The translations under genes were made by a program, and so were the position numbers. A DNA stretch of 64,000 nt from an uncultured delta proteobacterium (GTDB lineage Bacteria > Desulfobacterota > Syntrophia > Syntrophales > Smithellaceae): positions 160,001-224,000 of the forward strand of contig CAVWEH010000004.1 in NCBI GenBank assembly GCA_963753975.1. Direction: 5' to 3'. Below the pieces are notes generated by a model. The model was not told where the DNA came from and did no database searches. It saw only the letters and a program-made list of their open reading frames with translations. This document shows, piece by piece, positions 10,549 through 19,816 of the stretch (the stretch's first letter is position 1; each line of letters starts with the position of its first letter).

Positions 10549-11910
10549 TTATTTTTCTACTTTGATCAGCATCGCATCCCCCTGCGCATGCCCCGAACAA
10601 ATACCGCAGACGCCCCAGCCGCCGCCGCGACGCTTCAGTTCATAGCCCAGCGTCATGGCGATTCTGGCTCCGGTTGCTCCGATAGGATGACCGAAGGCTA
10701 CCGCCCCGCCATTCACATTCACCTTTTTAAACATATCTTCTTTGGACATACCGAGAATCGACCGGCAGCTCACCAGCACTACCGCGGCGAAAGCTTCATT
10801 TATCTCGAGGACATCCATCTGATCCAGTTTCATATCGTTTTGTTCTAGAATTTTCTTGATAGCCAATCCCGGTACGGTAGCGATGTCTTTAGTCGGTTGC
10901 GACACTTCAGCATAATCAACAATAGTAAAGATTGGTTTCAAACCCAGCTGATCGGCTTTTTCTCTCGCCATCAGAAGACAGACATCCCCGCCGTCATTTA
11001 CTCCCGGAGCATTGCCGGCGGTGACGCTTCCGGGCCTACCGGTTACGGTACTCAAATGGCCGAACACAGGGGGGAGTTTCGCTAAACCTTCCAAGGTCGT
11101 ATCCGGTCTTGGTCCTTCATCTTTTTCCATGATTGCAATTTTTTTCCCCTGCTTGACTTCCACAGGAAAAATTTCATCATCGAGTTTGCCGTTACTCATC
11201 GCCTTGACCGCGTTCATCTGGGAATTCAAAGCCCACTCATCTTGTTCCTCTCTCGTAAAGCCGAACTCATCTGCGACTTCCGAGCCGTTGATCGCCATAT
11301 GCCTGTTGTAGAAGGCGTCCCATAATCCATCATAAACCATCGCATCGACAACGCGGCCGTTGGGCAAGCCCATCTTAGCGCCCCAGCGCATATCGGGCAG
11401 AAGATAGGGACAATTGCTCATACTTTCCTGGCCGCCGGCTATACAGATGTCGGCACGACCCAAAAGAATCATTTGAAAGGCCAGATCAATGGTTTTAATG
11501 CCGGAAGAGCAAACTTTGTTCACGGTAATGGAAGGCACCGATTCCGGCACTCCGGCCAGAATTGTCGCCTGTCTTCCCGGTATCTGGCCACAGCCGGCGG
11601 GAACAACCTGTCCCATAAAGATATAATCTACATCGCCGGGTTTCACCTTGCCTCCGGTTCGTCGCAGAACTTCCTTAATTGCCATAGCGCCTAATTCCAT
11701 CGCCGAAAAATCTTTCAGCATGCCGCCTGCACGTCCGTACGGTGTCCGACAGGCCTCCACACAAACAACCTCGCGGAATTTTTTATGAGGATTTTTTATT
11801 TTTTTACCCATCGTACTGAAATCGGGTTTTCTTTGGCCAAATTTCGCAATAGGCGCATTCTTGTAAATATCCCCTCTTGTTTTTTCCAGTTTCTGCGGTA
11901 CTTTTGCCAT
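10549..11910 (-). CDS. thiolase (acetyl-CoA C-acyltransferase) with basic N-terminal extension
   Basis: NKVCSSG, NEAFA, GHPIGATG, CSGHAQG. Confidence 0.95.
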   Translation of the reverse strand: MAKVPQKLEKTRGDIYKNAPIAKFGQRKPDFSTMGKKIKNPHKKFREVVCVEACRTPYGRAGGMLKDFSAMELGAMAIKEVLRRTGGKVKPGDVDYIFMGQVVPAGCGQIPGRQATILAGVPESVPSITVNKVCSSGIKTIDLAFQMILLGRADICIAGGQESMSNCPYLLPDMRWGAKMGLPNGRVVDAMVYDGLWDAFYNRHMAINGSEVADEFGFTREEQDEWALNSQMNAVKAMSNGKLDDEIFPVEVKQGKKIAIMEKDEGPRPDTTLEGLAKLPPVFGHLSTVTGRPGSVTAGNAPGVNDGGDVCLLMAREKADQLGLKPIFTIVDYAEVSQPTKDIATVPGLAIKKILEQNDMKLDQMDVLEINEAFAAVVLVSCRSILGMSKEDMFKKVNVNGGAVAFGHPIGATGARIAMTLGYELKRRGGGWGVCGICSGHAQGDAMLIKVEK

Positions 11911-12113
11911 ATTATCTCCCCCTTAGCTGTACAAGCAAATATTTAACTGCCGTAAAGCCAGTTTTGCTAAGTTTCCATTTTCTGGTGTTTTTTACATATA
12001 GAATTTATTTAGTCAACTATATTTAGTCCGGAAAACCGTACTTTCCCCCAACAATCAATTTGACGAAAGTAAATTAATGATTTATATATTTACATAAGAA
12101 GGAGGTAATTTCA

Positions 12114-12299
12114 ATGTTTGAAGGACTTTTTCAACCAATGCACTTAATTATCATCCTGGTGATAGTTCTGATCATTTTCGGACCGGGTAAACTTCCGGAA
12201 CTGGGAAGTGCAATCGGCAAAGCAATTAGAGGGTTCAAACAAGCAATGGATGATCCCGAAAAAAAATCTCCGGATGAAACGAAAAAAATCGAAAAATAA
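12114..12299 (+). CDS. tatA: twin-arginine translocase TatA/E
   Basis: TM helix then FGPGKLPELGSAIGKAIRGFK; strong AGGAGG RBS. Confidence 0.95.
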   Translation: MFEGLFQPMHLIIILVIVLIIFGPGKLPELGSAIGKAIRGFKQAMDDPEKKSPDETKKIEK

Positions 12300-12331
12300 A
12301 GTTACGGAACGATACTGACTAAGATTCTTCA

Positions 12332-13015
12332 ATGAATAAACGTTTGGCTTTCAGGATTCTATTCCTGCTCCTGTTCACAATTTTATCGATTTATCTATTC
12401 ATCCATTTTGATATATATTTATTCTTCGAAGATAGAAACAAATTAGTAAACTTCATAACATCATACCCTTACGACGAACTCGTTTTCATTTTGCTTCAGA
12501 TTGTCCAGGTCGTGGCGGCGCCGATTCCGGGAGAGCTGACAGGTCTCATCGGCGGTTATCTTTACGGACCTTTTTGGGGAACTGTATATTCCACTATCGG
12601 CTTGACCATCGGTTCCTGGCTGGCCTTCCTCTTGGCGCGCTTTTTTGGCATGCCGCTCATAGAAAAAGTTGTCAAACCTGAGACCATAGAAAAATTCGAC
12701 CACTTCATGGAACATCAGGGTATCCTGGTATCATTTCTTCTCTTTTTGATTCCGGGATTCCCTAAGGATTATTTATGTTACATCATGGGTATCAGTCGCA
12801 TTCCCACTTGGACATTCATAATAATTGTTACTGCCGGGCGTTTCTTCGGCACCATGATGCTTTCTATTACCGGAAATGCCGCCCGCAATGAACAATATCT
12901 TATTCTGGCCATCATTGTAGCAGCAGGCGGCATTATCTTTATTATGGCTTATTATTATCGCGATAAACTTCTGGAAATATTGAAAAAAAATAACAGCCAA
13001 AAGAAATTATTTTAG
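12332..13015 (+). CDS. TVP38/TMEM64 (VTT/DedA-superfamily) membrane protein
   Basis: QVVAAPIPGE, GYLYGPFWG, FLIPGFPKD. Confidence 0.88.
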   Translation: MNKRLAFRILFLLLFTILSIYLFIHFDIYLFFEDRNKLVNFITSYPYDELVFILLQIVQVVAAPIPGELTGLIGGYLYGPFWGTVYSTIGLTIGSWLAFLLARFFGMPLIEKVVKPETIEKFDHFMEHQGILVSFLLFLIPGFPKDYLCYIMGISRIPTWTFIIIVTAGRFFGTMMLSITGNAARNEQYLILAIIVAAGGIIFIMAYYYRDKLLEILKKNNSQKKLF

Positions 13016-13048
13016 CATATGGGCGCGAGGATGCGCATGTGATAATAA

Positions 13049-14350
13049 TTATATCTGCCTTTTATCAACTACTCGCACAATTTTCCCCTTCTGCCGCAGT
13101 ATGCTTTTGGATTCGACCAATTTAACATCAACATTGATACCTGTTACCGATCCGATGCGCTTTTTAAGTGTTTCCAGAAAAGATCTCTGCTTTTGCAGCT
13201 CCAGAGAAAATATTTTATCCGTAATCTCAACAATAACCTCCAAGCTATCCATTGCCCCTTTTCTTTCCACAACAAGCTGATATGGGGATTCGCCCTGCGC
13301 GACGCTAAAAAGCGCCTCTTCAATTTGCGAAGGAAAAACATTTACACCCCTGATGATGAGCATGTCGTCGGAACGCTGCATTACTTTTTCCATGCGCACT
13401 AAAGTTCTTCCGCATTCGCACTGAGTATAGTTGAGAGAGGTGATATCCCCTGTCCGGTAACGGATCATGGGAAAGGCTTCTTTGGTCAAGGTAGTCAGCA
13501 CCAGTTCACCCGCGTGGCCGGGAGACTTCACCGCTCCTGTTTCCGGATCAATGATCTCCGGGATGAAAGCGTCTTCATAAATATGCAAACCCTTCTTGCA
13601 TGAACATTCTCCGGCAATACCCGGACCAATTACCTCGGAAAGACCGTAATTGTCCGTCGCGCTCAGTAATAACCTTCTTTCAATTTCATCACGCATTTTC
13701 TCCGACCAGGGCTCTCCGCCAAAAAGTCCGATTTTCAGCGAAAGAGCTTGGGGACTAACACCGATCTGCTCCAGGCGATCCGCCAGAGCAAGCGCGTAAC
13801 TAGGTGTGCTGACCAATACCGTCGTTTTATAATCCTGCATAATCATAATCTGCTTTTCCGTGTTGCCGGTACCCATCGGAATTACCGATGCACCGATCGC
13901 TTCCGCTCCGTAATGCAGACCGAAAGCTCCGGTGTAAAGACCATAACGAAACGCTATCTGCACCAGATCGTCGCGGGATACACCGGCGGCCGTCATAAAC
14001 CGCGCCACAAGGTTAGACCAAATACGGATATCGTTTTTGGTATAACCGACAACAATCGGCTTACTTGTTGTCCCCGAAGAAGAATGAATGCGGACTATCT
14101 CTCGGAGCGGCACGGCAAACATACCGTAGGGATAGTTCAGGCGCAAATCATCCATAGTAGTAAAAGGAAGTTTCGTTAAATCGGATAAGGAACGAATATC
14201 TTCCGCGATCATTCCTAAATCGTCGAATTTCCTTCGATAGCAGGTAACATTCTTATGAACCCGATTGATTACAGCCTGGAGTCTTTCCAGTTGCAGTTGT
14301 TCGAGTTCATCCCGTGAAATACACTCATGTTCGGGATCCCAGATATTCAT
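13049..14350 (-). CDS. paaK: phenylacetate-CoA ligase
   Basis: HSSSGTT, DNYGLSEVIGPG, RYRTGD, RSDDMLIIRGVNVFPSQIE. Confidence 0.93.
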   Translation of the reverse strand: MNIWDPEHECISRDELEQLQLERLQAVINRVHKNVTCYRRKFDDLGMIAEDIRSLSDLTKLPFTTMDDLRLNYPYGMFAVPLREIVRIHSSSGTTSKPIVVGYTKNDIRIWSNLVARFMTAAGVSRDDLVQIAFRYGLYTGAFGLHYGAEAIGASVIPMGTGNTEKQIMIMQDYKTTVLVSTPSYALALADRLEQIGVSPQALSLKIGLFGGEPWSEKMRDEIERRLLLSATDNYGLSEVIGPGIAGECSCKKGLHIYEDAFIPEIIDPETGAVKSPGHAGELVLTTLTKEAFPMIRYRTGDITSLNYTQCECGRTLVRMEKVMQRSDDMLIIRGVNVFPSQIEEALFSVAQGESPYQLVVERKGAMDSLEVIVEITDKIFSLELQKQRSFLETLKKRIGSVTGINVDVKLVESKSILRQKGKIVRVVDKRQI

Positions 14351-14426
14351 AAATTACCTCCCTGCAAATTGTGCTTTCCTTCACCCGGAAGGCGAGGATC
14401 GTTTCCCTTCGTTACTGACACATTTT

Positions 14427-15170
14427 TTACCGTTCCCATATTTCCTTCTTATCTTTTCCCAGATATGCCCGCTGAACTTCTTTATTTTGCAATAAATCGG
14501 CGGCCGTTCCCTCTAAAATCAGCCTCCCCGTCTCGAGGACGTACCCGCGATTGGCCAATTTCAGGGCTGCCCGCGCATTTTGCTCGACCAAAAGAATAGT
14601 TGTTTTCTTCTCCTTAGCCAGACTTTTGATAACCTGAAAAATTTCCTGCGCCACGATAGGCGCAAGCCCCATGGAAGGTTCGTCTAAAAGCAGAAGTTTC
14701 GGTTTGGCCATAAGCGCTCTACCGATGGAGAGCATTTGCAGCTCACCTCCCGATAATGTCCCGGCAAGCTGTTTTCGCCTTTCCCTGAGTATAGGAAACA
14801 AGGCATAGATCATTTCATTTGTTTCTTTTGCATAAGTCCTGCCTGCCCGCGTTTTGTATTGCAAATAGGCCCCTAATTCCAGATTATCCTCCACCGAAAG
14901 AGGTTTAAAAACCTGTCTTCCCTCCGGAACCTGGGAAATTCCCAACTTGACGATTTGATGCGCGGCAAGATCATTTATCGGAACCCCATCAAAAATAATT
15001 TGTCCGCTACGGGGAGAAATAATTCCGGACAAAGAATTAAGAAGCGTTGTTTTACCCGCGCCGTTAGCGCCGATAAGCGTGACTATTTCTCCCGCCATCA
15101 GATGCAAAGAAACATTTTTCAGAACATGCACCTGACCGTAGTACGTGTTGATATTTTTTATCTTCAGCAT
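14427..15170 (-). CDS. livF: HAAT-family ABC transporter ATPase (LivF-like)
   Basis: GANGAGKT, QVPEGR, LSGGE, LLLDEPSMGLAP. Confidence 0.92.
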   Translation of the reverse strand: MLKIKNINTYYGQVHVLKNVSLHLMAGEIVTLIGANGAGKTTLLNSLSGIISPRSGQIIFDGVPINDLAAHQIVKLGISQVPEGRQVFKPLSVEDNLELGAYLQYKTRAGRTYAKETNEMIYALFPILRERRKQLAGTLSGGELQMLSIGRALMAKPKLLLLDEPSMGLAPIVAQEIFQVIKSLAKEKKTTILLVEQNARAALKLANRGYVLETGRLILEGTAADLLQNKEVQRAYLGKDKKEIWER

Positions 15171-15233
15171 AATATTCGGTTCATAGTATATTTATGTTAT
15201 TCTTCGCAGTCGTCATACCGTTCCGCTTTCAAA

Positions 15234-15336
15234 GGATAACGAGGCGGCAAGAAGGAGGCTCCTCAAGCATATTACTAACGCGTGACCTTCAGGTTATACG
15301 TCGAGGGAGCCGACGACGCAGCCAACAAAGTTAGCC
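15234..15336 (+). repeat. palindromic intergenic repeat, family A copy 2 (with an extra internal hairpin)
   Basis: GGCGGCAAGAAGGAGGCTCC...TACGTCGAGGGAGCCGACGACGCAGCCAACA. Confidence 0.8.
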
Positions 15337-15438
15337 AAAGACCGGGGGCACATCTCGCAGGGGAGCGCATAGCAAATCAAAAATTTACCTTGCCGGTAAT
15401 TACCGCCTGTAAGGCGGTAACTTACAAGTGAAACGGTA

Positions 15439-16191
15439 TCAACCCTCGCCCAAATAAGCGGAAATAACCGCAGTATTTTCCTGAACTTCCCTGGGCGTTC
15501 CTTCCATCAGCTTTTTCCCCAGATTCAATACGATTATGGAATCACAAATCTCCATAACTAATTCCATATCATGCTCCACCAACACTACTGTTATGCCGGA
15601 CTCTCTGATTCTGCGGATCAGATCAGCAAGCTCGGACGTCTCCCGGCTATTTAATCCAGCCGCCGGTTCATCCATTAAAATAATTCGAGGCTCTACAGCG
15701 AGTGCCCGGGAAATTTCCAGAAGCCTTCCCTTCCCGAAAGGTAAATTGCCGGCCGCGATATCTGCCAGATGGGCCATGCCGGTAAATTCCAGCCACTGCA
15801 AACTTTTTTTCTTAATATATCTTTCTTCCATAATTTGGCCCGGCATTTTGAAAGCACAACTGAAAATACCACTGCGGCCCTTGGTATGGAGTCCCACCAT
15901 TACATTTTCCAGAACGGTCATGTGGTCGAATAGTTCCACATTTTGGAATGTGCGCACCAGACCCAAACCGGCAAGAACCTCCGGCGCGAAGAGCGAAATA
16001 TTTTCTCCAGCCAGATAAACATTTCCTGACGTTTGTGTATAGAGTCCGGTGATGATATTGAACAATGTGGTTTTCCCTGCGCCGTTAGGACCGATTATGC
16101 CGGTTATCGAACCGCCCGCTATGGAGAGTGAGACATCTTCCAGTGCGGTCAACCCGCCGAATATTTTGGTTATACCGTTTAGTCTAAGCAT
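15439..16191 (-). CDS. livG: HAAT-family ABC transporter ATPase (LivG-like)
   Basis: GPNGAGKT, RTFQN, DEPAAGLN, VEHDM. Confidence 0.92.
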   Translation of the reverse strand: MLRLNGITKIFGGLTALEDVSLSIAGGSITGIIGPNGAGKTTLFNIITGLYTQTSGNVYLAGENISLFAPEVLAGLGLVRTFQNVELFDHMTVLENVMVGLHTKGRSGIFSCAFKMPGQIMEERYIKKKSLQWLEFTGMAHLADIAAGNLPFGKGRLLEISRALAVEPRIILMDEPAAGLNSRETSELADLIRRIRESGITVVLVEHDMELVMEICDSIIVLNLGKKLMEGTPREVQENTAVISAYLGEG

Positions 16192-17158
16192 TGCTGCCGG
16201 TTTTTCCTTTCAGCTTGGCGTAGACATTTTGTGTCATTGACTGAATACCGCCAATCAAGCCTCCGGGCATAAACATAATCATTAAAATCAGCAGCAATCC
16301 GTAAATAACGATGTCCAGATCCTGGAATATGCGCAAGAACTCCGGCAATATCGTTAAAATTGCCGCACCCAGGAATGAGCCGTAAATGCTGCCGAGACCG
16401 CCGACAACCACCATCGTAACCAACTCTATGGAAAAGTTGAACCCAAAGGATACCGGAGAAATAAAAGACATGGTATGAGCATACAGGCTTCCGGCCACGG
16501 ATGAAATAAGAGCAGAGACAGTGAAGATTTGCACTTTCAAAACCCGGGCATTTACACCCATAACTCTGGCGGCCACTTCCGAATCATGAATCGCTCTCAG
16601 AGCTCTGCCGATTCTGGATTGATACAAGTTTATCGATAACAACATTACAACAAGTGTGACTACCCAGATTAAATAGTAATTATGCAAATCATTGTCGAAA
16701 ATCCAAGATCCGATATGGAGATTGGGTATGCCGGATAATCCCGATGGACCGCCGGTCCAGCCGACAGTTTCATTGAAAACTATATACATGATAATACCGA
16801 AGCCGAGTGTAGCCATTGCGAGGTAATGACCTCTGAGCTTCAAAATAGGGAAACCGATAACAAATGCCAGTGCCGCTGCACAAACAGCCGCCAAAATAAT
16901 TACCAGCCAGGGATCAAGGGAAAATCTAGTTGTCAGCACGCCGGATATATAAGCTCCCAAACCAAAGAAGGCGGCATGTCCGAGCGAAATCTGACCCGCA
17001 TATCCCAAGAGCAGATTGAGCGCCACGGCCAGCATGGTATTTATACCGACAAAAACCAGAACATTTAAAAAATAACTCTCCTGAAGAAAAAAAGGCGTGA
17101 CCAGCACGGCAAGCGCAAATACTAGAAAAATAATTATCCGGTGTTTTTCTTTTGTCAT
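16184..17158 (-). CDS. livM: HAAT-family ABC permease (LivM-like)
   Basis: GYAGQISLGHAAFFG, LRGHYLAMATLGF, TGGPSG; start taken at MTKEK. Confidence 0.9.
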   Translation of the reverse strand: MTKEKHRIIIFLVFALAVLVTPFFLQESYFLNVLVFVGINTMLAVALNLLLGYAGQISLGHAAFFGLGAYISGVLTTRFSLDPWLVIILAAVCAAALAFVIGFPILKLRGHYLAMATLGFGIIMYIVFNETVGWTGGPSGLSGIPNLHIGSWIFDNDLHNYYLIWVVTLVVMLLSINLYQSRIGRALRAIHDSEVAARVMGVNARVLKVQIFTVSALISSVAGSLYAHTMSFISPVSFGFNFSIELVTMVVVGGLGSIYGSFLGAAILTILPEFLRIFQDLDIVIYGLLLILMIMFMPGGLIGGIQSMTQNVYAKLKGKTGSNA

Positions 17159-17354
17159 GATTTTTAATGGCAATCTTTCCGGCAAATATATCCAAATCAA
17201 ATCTATAAAAAAGAACCCGCCGAAACCTGAATTTTCGTCACAAGCTGCGGCGAATTAACCCTAAGATTCTTCGATTCGTTTTATTCGCTCAGAGTCAATT
17301 CGACTAATACCATTTTTTACGGCGGAGCCTTGAAAAAGATCAAGTCTTGTTGAT

Positions 17355-18239
17355 CTAAACCCTTTCCGTCTCCTTTTTCTTGAATAATCCTTCCGGCCGT
17401 ATAAATAGCACCAACAACAAGATAATGAAGGCGATGGCATCTTTATAACTGGCAGAGATAAAACCGGCACCCAAAGCTTCCAATAAACCCAGCAGAAGTC
17501 CTCCCAGCACAGTACCCAAACCGCTGTTCATTCCGCCGATGATCGCCGCGCAAAATCCTTTAAGCCCCAGCATAATACCAACGTCATAGGAAGTCATAGT
17601 AAGCGGGGCAATGACTATCCCGGCCATTGAGCCGACAGCCGAACTGATAACAAAGGAGAGCAAAACCATTGTCTTTACATCAATACCCACCAAGCTTGCC
17701 GCCTGAGAATTATAAGCACAAGCGCGCATGGCTTTACCGACGATACTGTAATTAAAAAAAATCCTGCCGGCAATAATGATCAGGATAGTTACGGCAAAAA
17801 TCCAGAGATGTTGGGGAAGGATAGTCGCGCCGGCTATATGCAAAGGATCGTTACCCGAAAAAGCCGGCAGAGCATGGGTATCTTTCCCCCAGATAAGCAT
17901 CGCCACACCGCGTATAAAAATACTTGCGCCGATAGTAATGATAATAAGACTAAGCGGCTTCGCCTTCTTGAGCGGTCTGATGGCGAGACGTTCAAAGCAG
18001 ATACCCACTATTGTCGAAATAAGAACAGCCAAAACTATCGACGGCACAAGCGGCAGTTTTAAGCCGGTCAGGAAAAAAACTGTCAACATTCCCCCGAGCA
18101 TCACAAACTCACCTTGAGCGAAATTGATGATGCCGGTCGCGTTGTGGATGATGGCAAAGCCAAAACCAATCAGCGCATATATAGCACCGTTAGAAAGCCC
18201 GGATAAGATATATTGAAATAATTGTCGAGAATTGTTCAT
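17355..18239 (-). CDS. livH: HAAT-family ABC permease (LivH-like)
   Basis: GAIYALIG, INFAQGEF, GKAMRA, RPEGLF. Confidence 0.92.
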   Translation of the reverse strand: MNNSRQLFQYILSGLSNGAIYALIGFGFAIIHNATGIINFAQGEFVMLGGMLTVFFLTGLKLPLVPSIVLAVLISTIVGICFERLAIRPLKKAKPLSLIIITIGASIFIRGVAMLIWGKDTHALPAFSGNDPLHIAGATILPQHLWIFAVTILIIIAGRIFFNYSIVGKAMRACAYNSQAASLVGIDVKTMVLLSFVISSAVGSMAGIVIAPLTMTSYDVGIMLGLKGFCAAIIGGMNSGLGTVLGGLLLGLLEALGAGFISASYKDAIAFIILLLVLFIRPEGLFKKKETERV

Positions 18240-18331
18240 TTATTAGTTACAATTTTGATAAATATTAATGCGGCACAGGCCTAATCATCGCCCGCGCCGC
18301 TTATACAGTCTAACTAATTCATATCACTTCA

Positions 18332-19474
18332 TCATTTAATCAATTTCCAGTCGCCGTGTTTGATTTGCACCAAAACAAAAGCGTCACTCGTCAATCCGGC
18401 ATGATCCTGCGGAGAATAACTAAAAGTCCCTCCTATGCCTGCGAATTTTTTTGTTTTCTCAAGCTGATCACGAATTGCTGCAGGTGAATAGCCCCCTCGT
18501 TCGATAGCGCTTTTGAGCAGCATTATGGCATCCCAGGCATGCCCGCCAAAATGATCACCTTCCATCTTGTAGTGTTCCCGATATTTGTTAACATAGTTCA
18601 TCAGCGCTTTCTTTTGCGGATCGGACTTAGGCAGCTGATCGGCGACAATGACTCGTCCCGAAGGAAGGATAATGCCTTCGGCTCCATCACCGGCAAGTTC
18701 AATAAACTTTTTGGAGGAAACACCATGGCTCATATACAAAGGAATATTAATCCCCAATTGCTTGGCATTCCGGGCAACAACGGCCGGACCGGGATTTGTT
18801 CCCCAGCAAATAATTGCCTGTACTCCGCTGTCACGTATTTTTGTTAATTGAACGGTCATATCCGTATCTTGCGGTCCATATGTTTCATCCGAAATTATTT
18901 GCATGCCGAATTTTTTGGATTGTAAGGTCAACTGTTCCCTGCCGGAAGAACCAAATCCATCCGAAACTGTCAATATTGCTATTTTAGCGATTTTTTGTTT
19001 TTTTAAATATTCATAGATTTTAGCTACAGCGAGAACGTCGTTTTGCGCTGTTTTAAAAACCCATTTTTTAACCGGTTCGGTAATTTTGATTCCGGCCGCA
19101 CACGAAATAAGCGGTATTGCGGATTTTTCGATCACAGGTATCACGGCCATACTATCACCGGTCGTGCTCGGACCAATGATCGCCACAACCTTATCATCCT
19201 TAATCAGCTTGTTGACTGCCTGCACAGCTTTTGTGGCATCACCCTGAGTATCATAAACTATAAGTTCCAGTTTGCGTCCCTTTATTCCGCCGGTTTTATT
19301 TATTTCCGTCACCATCATTTGCGCCGTATTGCGTTCCGGCTCACCGAGAAAAGAAGCGGGCCCCGATACGGAAAATAACGCTCCAATTTTTAGGGGAGGA
19401 GCCGCTAATGCCGTTCCGGCAATCAAAACACTAAAAAATAAAACAAATATTATTCTGAAAATATTTTTTGGCAT
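18332..19474 (-). CDS. HAAT-family ABC substrate-binding protein (LivK-like)
   Basis: Signal peptide, KIGALFSVSGPASFLG, GGIKGRKLELIVYD; start at MPKN behind GGAGG. Confidence 0.9.
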   Translation of the reverse strand: MPKNIFRIIFVLFFSVLIAGTALAAPPLKIGALFSVSGPASFLGEPERNTAQMMVTEINKTGGIKGRKLELIVYDTQGDATKAVQAVNKLIKDDKVVAIIGPSTTGDSMAVIPVIEKSAIPLISCAAGIKITEPVKKWVFKTAQNDVLAVAKIYEYLKKQKIAKIAILTVSDGFGSSGREQLTLQSKKFGMQIISDETYGPQDTDMTVQLTKIRDSGVQAIICWGTNPGPAVVARNAKQLGINIPLYMSHGVSSKKFIELAGDGAEGIILPSGRVIVADQLPKSDPQKKALMNYVNKYREHYKMEGDHFGGHAWDAIMLLKSAIERGGYSPAAIRDQLEKTKKFAGIGGTFSYSPQDHAGLTSDAFVLVQIKHGDWKLIK

Positions 19475-19522
19475 ATACACCTCCATCATAAAAAATTTAG
19501 TTGTCCACAAATTCAAAAAATT

Positions 19523-19558
19523 AAAAAAGCCACGGACTTTTTCATTTCTGCCCGTGGC
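19523..19558 (-). terminator. intrinsic terminator of a putative attenuator
   Basis: Minus strand GCCACGGGC-12 nt-GTCCGTGGC followed by TTTTTT, located between the leader ORF and the first operon gene. Confidence 0.85.
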
Positions 19559-19586
19559 CTTTAATACGATCTACTTTCAAGTCATC

Positions 19587-19682
19587 TCAAAAATGAGCAG
19601 ATATAGATAGGAAAAAGTAATCATAAGCATAATAGTTGGTATTTAGCGAATCGCTTATTTTGTATCTATTTCTGCTCACCAT
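19587..19682 (-). CDS. Tyr/Phe-rich leader peptide (31 aa, MVSRNRYKISDSLNTNYYAYDYFFLSISAHF)
   Basis: Hand-translated; AAGGAG 11 nt upstream; YYAYDYFF cluster; alternative stems with the downstream terminator. Confidence 0.75.
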   Translation of the reverse strand: MVSRNRYKISDSLNTNYYAYDYFFLSISAHF

Positions 19683-19816
19683 TTACTTCAAAACTCCTTG
19701 ATGTTCCAGCAAGATTTTAAATCATAGATAAAAATTCATGTCAAATGAAAAATGACATATTATGATTCATTATATAGTCAGTTTAAAACCCTGAAATAGT
19801 GCATCTACTTATTCTT

